Virus genome (UHGV): UHGV-0126185
Direction: 5' to 3' (one strand)
DNA from: a virus
DNA: 34,871 bases
A program made the position numbers and the translations under genes. The notes below the pieces were generated by a model. The model was not told the origin of the DNA. It made no database searches and saw only the letters and a list, made by a program, of their open reading frames with translations. Below, one piece after another: positions 26,380-34,871 of the stretch (positions are counted from its first letter, which is position 1; the number at the start of each line of letters is the position of its first letter).

Positions 26380-26540
26380 GCAATGCATTGTAAGCAGGGT
26401 CTGTTTTTGTGCAAAAAGTGCTATTTGTGCGCATTGGTACAGATTGAAACGCATTGGAACGTATTGCAACTTTGCACGATCATGTTGTGATTCTGCAATC
26501 ACCTTAGAGGTAATTTCGGTGAAACTGATTGCAACGTGCT
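26380..26540. promoter_or_regulatory. repeat-rich putative operator/promoter region upstream of the Doc-family module
   Basis: Perfect palindrome caatgcattg (26381-26390); direct repeats gcattggtac / gcattggaac (26431, 26451); ATTGCAAC at 26463 and 26528 with inverse TGCAAT at 26494; no convincing protein-coding frame. Confidence 0.3.
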
Positions 26541-26719
26541 TTAAGTGCTTCGGAAATGTCGTCGAACGTGCATCCATCTTCAGACATAGACCCATTGCTC
26601 AAATAAGAAGAATGGTATTAAATTGTCCTCAACCACTAAGAGTGGTCATGAATTCTTTGGATGTGTTTGCATCCTACAATTTGAGAAAGCACTGCCAAAC
26701 GTGCATGAGGGTGATAATC

Positions 26720-26899
26720 ATGGGTCACGCATTAAAAAAGGCAGATCGCTTGTACATTCCGCCTCGTGACAAATCCACAGTGGCGAAACCTCGTGCAGCG
26801 ATCAGCGAAGCATGTTCACATACTGGTCAAGTTAAAAATGCCTTTGAATTTGGATTTGCTCGTTACGAGAAGGCGATGGAAGAACTTTCAAAGGTCTGA
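26720..26899 (+). CDS. small ORF upstream of the Doc-family toxin (putative antitoxin)
   Basis: About 59 aa from the ATG at 26720 (gaggg RBS 8 nt upstream); alternative in-frame starts at 26648 and 26613; stop lies 10 nt before the toxin ATG; family not recognised. Confidence 0.4.
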   Translation: MGHALKKADRLYIPPRDKSTVAKPRAAISEACSHTGQVKNAFEFGFARYEKAMEELSKV

Positions 26900-26909
26900 G
26901 TAAAAACGG

Positions 26910-27407
26910 ATGACGATAGAGTATGTTGAAGGAATCAATTATCTTTCCATTGAAGATATAGTTTACATCAACAAGTCTCTGATCGAGACTCAGACGCCAA
27001 ATGAACCAATAGGTGTGCTGAATCCGAATAACCTCAGTTCTTCACAGTCCCGGCCAAGTACCATTCGATATTATGAGCAGACAGACGATATGTTTCGTCT
27101 GTCTGCTGTTCTAATTGAAAGTCTGATCCAGAATCATCCATTCGCAAATGCAAACAAACGCACCGCCATTATGACCGGTTACGTATTCCTGTTGCTGAAT
27201 GGATATGAGCTTACAGCACCTAGCGATGAGGTCGTTACAATCGCAGAGGGTTTGGCTCGTAAGGATTATTCAGTGGATGATCTGGAAAATTGGTTATGCC
27301 ACTGGTCTCGCGAGTATGATTCCAGAACATTATGTGCAACTGGCGGCAATTCGCTACAGGCTCTCGTGGCGACCTCGCAATACATTCGAATCATATCGAA
27401 TAACTGA
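26910..27407 (+). CDS. Doc-family (Fic/Doc) toxin
   Basis: 165 aa with the Doc signature HPFANANKRTA followed by a hydrophobic helix (IMTGYVFLLLNGYEL), matching the P1 Doc motif H-x-F-x-D/N-A/G-N-K-R-T-A; lysine at the position where Fic proteins carry glycine. Confidence 0.75.
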   Translation: MTIEYVEGINYLSIEDIVYINKSLIETQTPNEPIGVLNPNNLSSSQSRPSTIRYYEQTDDMFRLSAVLIESLIQNHPFANANKRTAIMTGYVFLLLNGYELTAPSDEVVTIAEGLARKDYSVDDLENWLCHWSREYDSRTLCATGGNSLQALVATSQYIRIISNN

Positions 27408-27452
27408 ATCCGCTGAGAGGCGTTTTTTGCAGATTAATACTGAACTATATAA

Positions 27453-27474
27453 CCCGCTTCGGCGGGTTTTTTTA
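27453..27474 (+). terminator. intrinsic terminator
   Basis: Hairpin cccgc-ttcg-gcggg followed by T7; same module as the terminator at 34557. Confidence 0.6.
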
Positions 27475-27484
27475 TGGAGCAAAT

Positions 27485-27835
27485 ATGGCCGTTGAGACAT
27501 ATAACTGGCACTCTCAACTGGGTGCTGGCGCAGTGGAATACAGCCAGACGGTGCGAACGGCTCAGTTTGGCGATGGTTATGAGCAGGTGGCCGAGAACGG
27601 CATTAACTCGACGGCTATTCAGGTACCGATGAAGCATGTGGGCGCTGATTCTGAAGTGAATACCGTTCGGGACTTTCTCCTGGCGCATACCGTTAAGGCT
27701 TTCATCATCACACCGCCGGGCGAAGAGAAGGGGCTATATCGCGTTGTCGCCGACTCCGTGCGCAAAAACCAGATTAGCAGCAAATTCGCTGAGCTGACAT
27801 TCACGATTAAGCGCGCCTATGGCGTCTATGCCTGA
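27485..27835 (+). CDS. minor tail protein M
   Basis: 116 aa; the motif QFGDGYEQVAENGINS matches lambda gpM (RFGDGYSQRAPAGLNA); precedes the L, K, I, J homologues. Confidence 0.8.
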   Translation: MAVETYNWHSQLGAGAVEYSQTVRTAQFGDGYEQVAENGINSTAIQVPMKHVGADSEVNTVRDFLLAHTVKAFIITPPGEEKGLYRVVADSVRKNQISSKFAELTFTIKRAYGVYA

Positions 27836-27843
27836 GGTGGAGC

Positions 27844-28617
27844 ATGACAGCACTGATTGATACGGCGGCAATGTTGGCGCCTGGTGGCAGGGTCCGCCTG
27901 GTCGAAGTAGATGCTTCAGAGTTCAGCGGCGGTATTCATCGCTTCCACTACAGTCCATTTCCCCATACACCCGCCGAGATAGATGCTGCGAACGGCGATG
28001 AGGCAAAGCTAGGACCAAAACCCATCATCTGGGATGGAAAAATCTTCGACTTCTGGCCATTCCAGATTTCCGACCTTGCACTGTCAACCGACCAGGCCGC
28101 AGAACCGAAGCTGAGCGTGTCGAACCTCGACGGGCATATCACTGCGCTCTGTCTGCAGTTTAAAGATATGGTGAATGCAAAGGTGAGCATCATCGACACC
28201 TATGCTGTTTACCTCGATGCCGTGAACTTCCCGGGTGGCGTGAACGCGACAGCTGATCCGTCAATGTTTACTCTCCAGACCTTCTGGCTGGACACCAAAA
28301 CCTCAGAAGATGATGAGGTGGTTACGTGGTCACTCAGTAGCCCTGCGGATTTGCAGAACCTGGTTATTCCCACCCGTCAAATTACATCGCTGTGCGAGTG
28401 GGCGCTGCGAGGCCAGTACCGCAGCGGTGACGGATGTACCTACAACGGAACAGCGTATTTTGATGCGAAGGGGAATGTGGTCGCTGACCCTGCGCTGGAC
28501 GTGTGCGGCGGATGCCTTAGTGACTGCCGTAAACGATTTGGCGCCGGGCTGGCAGAGCCAAACACCGCAATTCTTGATTTCGGCGGTTTCCCCGCAACGG
28601 TTTTATTCTCCCGATAA
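27844..28617 (+). CDS. minor tail protein L
   Basis: 257 aa; matches lambda gpL in YLDAVNF and the C-terminal Cys cluster (CGGCLSDCRKRFG vs lambda CSKCLSGCKFR). Confidence 0.85.
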   Translation: MTALIDTAAMLAPGGRVRLVEVDASEFSGGIHRFHYSPFPHTPAEIDAANGDEAKLGPKPIIWDGKIFDFWPFQISDLALSTDQAAEPKLSVSNLDGHITALCLQFKDMVNAKVSIIDTYAVYLDAVNFPGGVNATADPSMFTLQTFWLDTKTSEDDEVVTWSLSSPADLQNLVIPTRQITSLCEWALRGQYRSGDGCTYNGTAYFDAKGNVVADPALDVCGGCLSDCRKRFGAGLAEPNTAILDFGGFPATVLFSR

Positions 28618-28629
28618 ACGGAAATACCA

Positions 28630-29361
28630 ATGAACAAAACTATTATGGCTGCTATCCGGGCGCATGCACTGGAGGAGTCGCCACGAGAGTGCTGCGGCTT
28701 CGTCATCCAGTCTGGCCGACGCCAGCGCTATATCCCGGTGCCGAACAGCCACGAAAATCCGACCGAGCATTTCCGAATCGACGGAGAGCACTGGGCGAAT
28801 GCAGAGGATATGGGGACGATTATTCGAGTCATACACTCCCATCCAGGCGACGGCGCCCGGCCAATTCCGTCCGATTTGGACCGTCAGCAGTGCAATAACT
28901 CCAGTGTGGTCTGGGGCATCTACGCGCCGGACTGCGATGAATATGCTGAGGTAACGCCGGACGCTATCCCGCTAATCGGCCGCCCGTTCATCCTTGGCTC
29001 TCACGACTGCTGGGGGCTGATCATGGACTGGCATGCCACCCAGAGTGTAATGCTGACTGATTTTCGCGTTGAATACCCGTGGTGGGAAAGCCACTACCCA
29101 GACAACCTGTATTTCGATAACTGGGAGCGGGAGGGGTTTGTCGAATGCGACCCGTCGCCAGGCTGTATGGTCATCATGCAGGTTGAATCCAGTAAGTGGA
29201 ACCACGCGGGGATCATTACCGAGGAAGGCGAGCTGCTTCACCATCTGTACGGGCAACCATCCTGTATCACGCCGTATGCGCGAGGTTATTTCAAAGACAG
29301 GACGATGATCTGCGTCCGTCATAAATATTTGCCGCAGGAGATTCAGCCATGGCGCGCTTAA
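28630..29361 (+). CDS. tail assembly protein K (JAB/MPN and NlpC/P60 domains)
   Basis: 243 aa; ECCGFV and HSHPGDGARPIPSDLD (JAMM-like) plus C-terminal Cys/His peptidase-like region with GELLHH, as in lambda gpK. Confidence 0.85.
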   Translation: MNKTIMAAIRAHALEESPRECCGFVIQSGRRQRYIPVPNSHENPTEHFRIDGEHWANAEDMGTIIRVIHSHPGDGARPIPSDLDRQQCNNSSVVWGIYAPDCDEYAEVTPDAIPLIGRPFILGSHDCWGLIMDWHATQSVMLTDFRVEYPWWESHYPDNLYFDNWEREGFVECDPSPGCMVIMQVESSKWNHAGIITEEGELLHHLYGQPSCITPYARGYFKDRTMICVRHKYLPQEIQPWRA

Positions 29362-29942
29362 CCACGATTCGATTGTACGGCGCGCTGGGTGCGCGATTTG
29401 GGCGAGTGCATAAGTTGGCAGTGCAAACGTCAGCGGAAGCGGTGAAAGCCCTGTGCATCAATTTCGACGGGCTGGAGCAATATCTTTATGACGCCAAAAA
29501 GAACGGCATGACTTTCGCCGTGTTTCGTGGGAAACGCAATATCGGCGTGAAGGACTTTAAAGAACTGGCGGGGGATAGTGATATCCGTATTGCACCTGTA
29601 ATGGAGGGAGCGAAAAAAGCAGGGATATTCCAGACTATCCTCGGTGCTGTGATGGTGGTCGCGGGAATAGCCATATCATATTTCAGTTCCGGAGCGCTTG
29701 CCACCTTTGGCGCGAGCCTTGCTGCTGGTGGTGTTGGCATGATGGCCGGTGGCATTTACCAAATGCTATCACCTCAATCGAGAGGACTACAGGGACGTGA
29801 TGACCCTGATAATAAACCCAGCTATGCTTTCGGTGGTTCGGTAAACACTCTTGCCATGGGTAACCCGGTAGCGGTGCTCTACGGTGAGCGCGAGATTGGC
29901 GGCGCCATCATCAGTGCAGGGATTGTCGCCGAAGATATCTGA
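29349..29942 (+). CDS. tail assembly protein I
   Basis: 197 aa; overlaps the K stop; Gly-rich hydrophobic C-terminal half; canonical position before J. Confidence 0.75.
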   Translation: MARLTTIRLYGALGARFGRVHKLAVQTSAEAVKALCINFDGLEQYLYDAKKNGMTFAVFRGKRNIGVKDFKELAGDSDIRIAPVMEGAKKAGIFQTILGAVMVVAGIAISYFSSGALATFGASLAAGGVGMMAGGIYQMLSPQSRGLQGRDDPDNKPSYAFGGSVNTLAMGNPVAVLYGEREIGGAIISAGIVAEDI

Positions 29943-29963
29943 AGACTCCTTATCTTTCAATTA

Positions 29964-29988
29964 GCACCCAATTGGGTGCTTTTTTTAT
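29964..29988 (+). terminator. intrinsic terminator
   Basis: Hairpin caccc-aatt-gggtg followed by CTTTTTTT. Confidence 0.55.
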
Positions 29989-29997
29989 GGATGCAAT

Positions 29998-32900
29998 ATG
30001 GCAACGATTACTGGTGCGAAGGGCGGCAGCCAAAAACAGCATACACCTGTAGAACAGCCGGACTCCGCGCAGTCAATGGCTCGCTGCCGCATGCTTCTGG
30101 CTCTGGGGGAAGGTGAGTTTGCAGGTGGGTTGGATGCCACGCGCATTTTCCTGGATGGTACGCCGCTGGGCAATTCTGATGGCTCTATGAATTTTGAGAA
30201 TGTGTCATGGGATTTTCGCCCGGGAACTCAGATTCAGACAACGATCCCCGGCTTTCCTGCGGTAGAAAACGAAACCAGCATTGGTGTTTCGCTGACGAAA
30301 GTCGCTCCATGGACAAGGGCAATTAGCAATACCCAAATCGATGCTGTTCTGGTGCGTGTCGGTATTAATGGGCTTCAGCAGCAGGAGAATGATGGCGATA
30401 TCGTTGGCACAACCGTTCAGTATCACATTGATCTCGCCATTGATGGTGGTGCGTACTCTACGGTGATGACCAAAACGGTTACGGAGAAGCTCAGCTCACT
30501 GTACGAGATCACTCATCGTATTAATCTGCCGAAAGCCAACAACGGCTGGCAAATCCGGATTGTTCGCGATACTGATGACAGCACCAGCCAGATGCTTCAG
30601 AACAAAACTCAGGTACAGGCGATCACCGAGGTGATAGATGCTCGCCTGCGCTATCCGCATACCGCGCTGCTGTACGTGTCCTTTAACGCGAAGTCATTCA
30701 ACAATATCCCTAAGATTTCATGTAAACCTAAAGGCCGGGTAATCCGCATCCCGCAGAACTACGATCCGATTGCACGCACTTATAGCGGTACATGGGACGG
30801 TACATTCAAATGGGGATGGACGAATAATCCTGCATGGATCTGGTTCGATATTCTTACTGAACCTCGCTTCGGCCTGGGTCGCAGGGTTACACCAGCGATG
30901 CTCGATAAATGGGAGTTATATCGTATTGCCCAGCGTTGCGACCAGAAGGTGCCGGATGGTAAGGGTGGTAGCGGTACCGAGCCTCGCTTTATGTTTGACG
31001 TTTATATCCAGGCTCAGGCTGATGCCTGGCAGGTGATTAAGGATATTGCGGCTGGTTTTAACGGTATGACGTTCTGGGGAAACAACATGTTCAATGTTGT
31101 CTCGGATATGCCAGCTGATACGTCAAAGCTCCAGATCCTCACCCGAGCCTCGGTGGTCGGGAAACCAACCTATTCCAGCGGCAGTGAAAAGAACCGATAT
31201 AGCTCTGCGCTGATTAACTTTAGCGATCCAGAGAATCACTATCAGGACCGAACTACAGCAGTAATGTTTCCTGACCTGGTAAAACAGTTCAAGTTTAAGC
31301 AGACGCAATTGACGGCTATTGGCTGTACACGTGAAAGCGAGGCGCAGCGCCGCGGAGGGTGGGCCGTCTACTCCAACTCTTTGGACCGTATTATCACTGT
31401 TCAGACGGGACTTGATGGCTTCGCTTATGTGCCGGGGACCGTATTTGCGTTTGCAGATGAACGGCTATCTGGCCGTGTCTATGGTGGACGTATTACTGAA
31501 TACAACGGCGTTCTGAAATCTGTAACTACCGATCGGGGTACAAGCGCATTAGCCGGCGATACGCTGATGATTCGTACCCTGGGCGGTACCGTTGAGAGCA
31601 GAACCATTCAGGCGGTTAACGGCCAGCAACTGATACTGGTAACTGCCTTTACCGCTGAGCCACAACCTAATGCCATTTTTGTTATCGATGCTGGCCAGTT
31701 GCGCCTCCAGTACTTCCGCGTAACCAATCTGACATTTAACGATGAAGAGAACACCTACAGTATCACCGGTGCAGAGTACAACGCGACGAAGTATGATGCC
31801 GTTGATAACAACGCCCGACTGGATACGCCGCCGATCAGCCTGTTACCGACAGGCCTGGTAGGGCAACCGACAAACATTACGATTAGTAGCTACGACTCGG
31901 TTCGGCAGGGGCAGCGTATTGCGACCATGGTTGCGAGCTGGGATACGCCAGTAGATAAAAACGGGAAACCTCAGGCCGATATTGTCGCCTATCAGGCACA
32001 GTGGAAACGCGGTGATAATGAGTGGATCAATATCCCTGAAACGGGTTTGCGCAATATCGAGGTGCCTGGGATTTTCTCAGGCGATTATCTTGTGCGAGTT
32101 CGCGCCATTAACTCTGGAGGTGCGTCCAGTCTGTGGGCCTCTTCTGTTCTGACGCATCTCACTGGACGTACTGGGGATGTTCCTAAACCGATTGGACTTC
32201 GTACCACTGCAATCAACTGGGGTATTCAGGTTGACTGGTCCTTCCCGGCTGATACAGGTGACACGCTCCAGACCGAGTTGCAGTATTCAGCAAACGGTAA
32301 TGGAGATAATCCTCTGCTGCTTGCAGGAGTTCCGTATCCTCAACACACATATACCCAACTGGGTTTGAAGGCTGGTCAGGAGTTCTGGTACCGGGCTCGT
32401 CTGGTCGATCGCATTGGTAATCAGAGTGACTGGACCGACTGGATTCGTGGCCAATCCAGCGCGAATGCTGACGACTACCTGGGCGATATTGCTGATGACT
32501 TCCTGACGTCTGCAGACGGTGACCGCCTGACAAGCGACATTGATACCAACCTGGAAGCCGCGTTGCAGAATGCGCTGGCCAATCATGGAACGGTGGAACA
32601 CCAGTGGGCGCAGTATGGTGAAGTACGCGCGGATATTCTGGTAGTCAAAACGACCATTGCACAGGTCGATAAGGCCATGGCTGAAATGTCCACGCAAGTG
32701 CAGGCGCAGATTAAAGATGTAACCGCCTCGCTTGAGGATAAGCTCACTGCCACCGTTGATGCTACAAGTGCTACGGCCATTCATACCCTGAAAGTCGGAG
32801 TGCGCATCAACGATATTTTTTACGGTGCCGGGATGTCGATTGCAGTGCTGGCCGAAGCGGGTAAACCGGTAGTCACTCGTGTCGGATTTAACGCCAATCA

Positions 32901-33207
32901 GTTCGTCCTGATGAGTGGCAGCGGCGATACGCAATATTCACCCTTTGCGGTGGTCAATGGTCAGGTCTTTATCAGTGATGCATTTATCCAGTATAGCCAA
33001 ATCACGCTGGCAAAAATTAAAGAACTGCGATCAGAAAATTACGTTCAGGGACAAACGGGCACCATCATGAAATCGGACGGAACGTTTGAAATGAATGGAG
33101 CAGTTGCCGGGGAGGGGGCAATGAAAATTACCAACACAACCCAGAGCGTTAAGGACGGGAATGGCGTCCTTCGCGTGCAGATTGGGAAATTAACAGGAGT
33201 GTTTTGA
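29998..33207 (+). CDS. host specificity protein J (central tail fibre / tip attachment protein)
   Basis: 1069 aa; size and position after K and I, with fibronectin-III-like central region and variable C-terminus, as in lambda gpJ. Confidence 0.9.
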   Translation: MATITGAKGGSQKQHTPVEQPDSAQSMARCRMLLALGEGEFAGGLDATRIFLDGTPLGNSDGSMNFENVSWDFRPGTQIQTTIPGFPAVENETSIGVSLTKVAPWTRAISNTQIDAVLVRVGINGLQQQENDGDIVGTTVQYHIDLAIDGGAYSTVMTKTVTEKLSSLYEITHRINLPKANNGWQIRIVRDTDDSTSQMLQNKTQVQAITEVIDARLRYPHTALLYVSFNAKSFNNIPKISCKPKGRVIRIPQNYDPIARTYSGTWDGTFKWGWTNNPAWIWFDILTEPRFGLGRRVTPAMLDKWELYRIAQRCDQKVPDGKGGSGTEPRFMFDVYIQAQADAWQVIKDIAAGFNGMTFWGNNMFNVVSDMPADTSKLQILTRASVVGKPTYSSGSEKNRYSSALINFSDPENHYQDRTTAVMFPDLVKQFKFKQTQLTAIGCTRESEAQRRGGWAVYSNSLDRIITVQTGLDGFAYVPGTVFAFADERLSGRVYGGRITEYNGVLKSVTTDRGTSALAGDTLMIRTLGGTVESRTIQAVNGQQLILVTAFTAEPQPNAIFVIDAGQLRLQYFRVTNLTFNDEENTYSITGAEYNATKYDAVDNNARLDTPPISLLPTGLVGQPTNITISSYDSVRQGQRIATMVASWDTPVDKNGKPQADIVAYQAQWKRGDNEWINIPETGLRNIEVPGIFSGDYLVRVRAINSGGASSLWASSVLTHLTGRTGDVPKPIGLRTTAINWGIQVDWSFPADTGDTLQTELQYSANGNGDNPLLLAGVPYPQHTYTQLGLKAGQEFWYRARLVDRIGNQSDWTDWIRGQSSANADDYLGDIADDFLTSADGDRLTSDIDTNLEAALQNALANHGTVEHQWAQYGEVRADILVVKTTIAQVDKAMAEMSTQVQAQIKDVTASLEDKLTATVDATSATAIHTLKVGVRINDIFYGAGMSIAVLAEAGKPVVTRVGFNANQFVLMSGSGDTQYSPFAVVNGQVFISDAFIQYSQITLAKIKELRSENYVQGQTGTIMKSDGTFEMNGAVAGEGAMKITNTTQSVKDGNGVLRVQIGKLTGVF

Positions 33208-33521
33208 TGGAATGGGGGATACAGACATGGGACGCTAATGGCGTCCCTAATAACTACGGAATCAAACCAATCAGCGTAGTTGGTATAATCGACCTGTTAG
33301 TGGATCAGAAAACCGGCTCTTATTCTTTCAACCTGGAACCTGGCCTGAAAGTTGGCTTTACAGTAGGGACTGCGGAGGCTGCAAGTTTGATTGCGTACAC
33401 AAACAAAAGAAACATTCTTGCTTCCGGTAACACAATTACAATTCAGCCATCAACGGGCGACGGTGTTAACGACTATCCTGCAAATCAGGTTCAGCTGATT
33501 GTTTTTGCGGAGAAGGTGTAA
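33204..33521 (+). CDS. hypothetical protein downstream of J
   Basis: 105 aa; ATGATGG start overlapping the J stop (translational coupling); not recognised. Confidence 0.45.
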   Translation: MMEWGIQTWDANGVPNNYGIKPISVVGIIDLLVDQKTGSYSFNLEPGLKVGFTVGTAEAASLIAYTNKRNILASGNTITIQPSTGDGVNDYPANQVQLIVFAEKV

Positions 33522-34195
33522 TGGCAAAATATGGTGTTTTGCTAGCGTTACCCAATGGAAATCCTTTTGTTACTCCGGATTCCACACCATTGATACTTTA
33601 TAAAAAAGTGTCGTTAAACTCAAAGTATAATGGTGATTTTAACTCTGCGGTTATTGAGGAAAATATTGTTAATCAAAAGGCAGGGGTTGTATTCGCAAGA
33701 ACAAGTACTGCGGCAAAAATCTCAGCCGTAAAAGAAGGGAACTTATTTAATGTTTCTGCTTCGAACTATAGAAGGGCTGCTTTTACTCTTGAAGCTTACT
33801 TTTTCGCAATAACTCCACAAACCTTACCCAGTCACGGTATAGCTATATGGGACGCATCAGGCACACTGGTTCTTACAAACGAATCAAGGGTATTGACAGA
33901 TCTGACAACTATCGGGACGCCTGGAGCGGCTACGGGTGGAATTAATATCGATGTCACAATGCCGGGGAAATGGGCCGTAAATCCGATGGGGCTGGGATCT
34001 GTCATCATCCACGCTGGTTCTGCACCAGGTGGACAGCCAATATTTCAGTCCGTTGATGTGGGGACGGGGTGCCATGACGACGCTGGTGGTACAAGAATTA
34101 GGGGGCAAAGTTCAACCACCGCCAGTGGTGCTACTATAGGGTCAACGAATAGCGGAATTGTGATAACGGCGATAAACACAGCCGCATATGATTAA
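33521..34195 (+). CDS. hypothetical protein downstream of J (AT-rich 5' half)
   Basis: 224 aa; TAATG overlap with the preceding ORF; 5' half clearly lower in GC; Gly/Thr-rich C-terminus; not recognised. Confidence 0.45.
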   Translation: MAKYGVLLALPNGNPFVTPDSTPLILYKKVSLNSKYNGDFNSAVIEENIVNQKAGVVFARTSTAAKISAVKEGNLFNVSASNYRRAAFTLEAYFFAITPQTLPSHGIAIWDASGTLVLTNESRVLTDLTTIGTPGAATGGINIDVTMPGKWAVNPMGLGSVIIHAGSAPGGQPIFQSVDVGTGCHDDAGGTRIRGQSSTTASGATIGSTNSGIVITAINTAAYD

Positions 34196-34303
34196 ACCGA
34201 TCGATTTAAACGATCAATTTTAGAATATTGATCTATTAAAACTATTTTTATTATTCAATGCCATTGGTTATTTTTTGTTTAAATAATTAACTCTGGTATC
34301 GAA

Positions 34304-34543
34304 ATGAAAAATATAATTATTCCAGTTATTGTTTGCCTGGTGCTTTCAGCCTGTTCAGGACCTGTTCTGGAGAAACAGAAACCGGTTTGTCAGGCTGAGT
34401 TAATGTCAGGTGGGTTGACCCAGTCAGTACAGGTCTACGGTGTGCGAAAAGTTGCTAATCAGACTGAGTACAGAGCCGGTTATCCCTTTACCTGGCGATG
34501 GGTGAATAAAAGTAACTTCACCAGTTCGAATTGCCCTCAATGA
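34304..34543 (+). CDS. Cor-like superinfection-exclusion lipoprotein
   Basis: 79 aa; signal peptide with lipobox LSAC (MKNIIIPVIVCLVLSACSG); AT-rich promoter region upstream; position between J and the tail fibre gene and C-terminal W/N-rich region fit lambdoid Cor proteins. Confidence 0.5.
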   Translation: MKNIIIPVIVCLVLSACSGPVLEKQKPVCQAELMSGGLTQSVQVYGVRKVANQTEYRAGYPFTWRWVNKSNFTSSNCPQ

Positions 34544-34556
34544 AATACAAAAAATA

Positions 34557-34578
34557 ACCCGCTTCGGCGGGTTTTTTA
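34557..34578 (+). terminator. intrinsic terminator
   Basis: Hairpin cccgc-ttcg-gcggg followed by T6; near-identical to the terminator at 27453. Confidence 0.6.
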
Positions 34579-34601
34579 TTATCTGAATTCAGGAGACATC
34601 C

Positions 34602-34871
34602 ATGTCAGCAGGAACATTAACCTTGACGAATAACTCTGCTGCGGTCGCTGGCAACGGGACCGCGTTTACCACCGAGGTGGCGGCCGGAGATTTTATTGTT
34701 GTCACTATCGGCGGCGTTCCCTATACGCTCCCGATTAAATCAGTGGAAAGCGGTACAGCGTTGACGCTGGTAAGCAATTTTACCGGGCCAACACAATCTG
34801 GCGCGGCCTGGTCTGTAGTACCCCGTGTGGCGCTGAATATGGTTACCGCGGCGCTGGTGGCACAAAGTGCG
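34602..34871 (+). CDS. tail fibre protein, N-terminal part (runs off the window end)
   Basis: ATG at 34602 with aggaga RBS; open to the window end (90 codons); the N-terminus (MSAGTLTLTNNSAAVAGNGTAFTTEVAAGDFIVVTIGGVPYT) resembles side tail fibre N-termini. Confidence 0.6.
   Translation, partial: MSAGTLTLTNNSAAVAGNGTAFTTEVAAGDFIVVTIGGVPYTLPIKSVESGTALTLVSNFTGPTQSGAAWSVVPRVALNMVTAALVAQSA

Noticed and set aside
26236-26595. 119-aa minus-strand ORF in the region upstream of the Doc module
   Set aside because: No RBS before either candidate Met and a Cys/His-rich odd composition; the region is better explained as repeat-rich regulatory DNA.
26333-26719. 5' extension of the ORF at 26333..26899 as a 188-aa protein
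   Set aside because: The upstream portion is Cys-rich and non-protein-like and spans the palindrome and repeat cluster; only the 3' part from about 26613-26720 onward looks coding.
32287-32934. 215-aa minus-strand ORF inside the J gene
   Set aside because: Antisense to the well-supported J gene; no independent start signals.
1-34871. CRISPR array, integrase, attachment sites, insertion sequences
   Set aside because: No regularly spaced direct repeats with unique spacers, no tyrosine or serine recombinase-like ORF, and no terminal inverted repeats with a transposase; prophage ends and integration module must lie outside the window.

Overview
This window reads as about 35 kb of the right arm of a lambdoid siphovirus prophage of Enterobacteriaceae type, almost entirely on the + strand; all calls are by eye from the sequence and ORF track, with no searches run. 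Gene order is: Cro-like HTH and a CII-position regulator; a replication initiator with in-gene iterons; a nin-like region (Dam-like methyltransferase fusion, RusA, KilA-N, AntA/KilAC antirepressor, DUF968-like protein); antiterminator Q with a late promoter/terminator; an orphan DNA methyltransferase; a lysis cassette (pinholin-like holin, SAR endolysin, Rz with embedded Rz1); terminase small and large subunits, portal, head morphogenesis protein, scaffold, major capsid; head-tail joining proteins; and a lambda-like tail module (major tail protein, G/G-T chaperones with a -1 frameshift site, tape measure, M, L, K, I, J) ending in a Cor-like lipoprotein and the start of a tail fibre gene. No integrase, att site, tRNA or CRISPR array is visible, so the prophage ends lie outside the window. 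The best candidates for something new are three accessory islands of lower-GC cargo set into the conserved backbone: (1) between tape measure and gpM, a small protein, a lipoprotein, a repeat-rich regulatory region and a Doc-family toxin with an upstream small ORF; (2) between the lysis cassette and terminase, four small genes in mixed orientation with no recognisable function; (3) after J, two unknown proteins ahead of the Cor-like lipoprotein. Also notable is the 439-aa Dam-like protein with an unrecognised ~240-aa C-terminal domain sitting where a helicase loader would be expected. None of these can be assigned a function from sequence alone.
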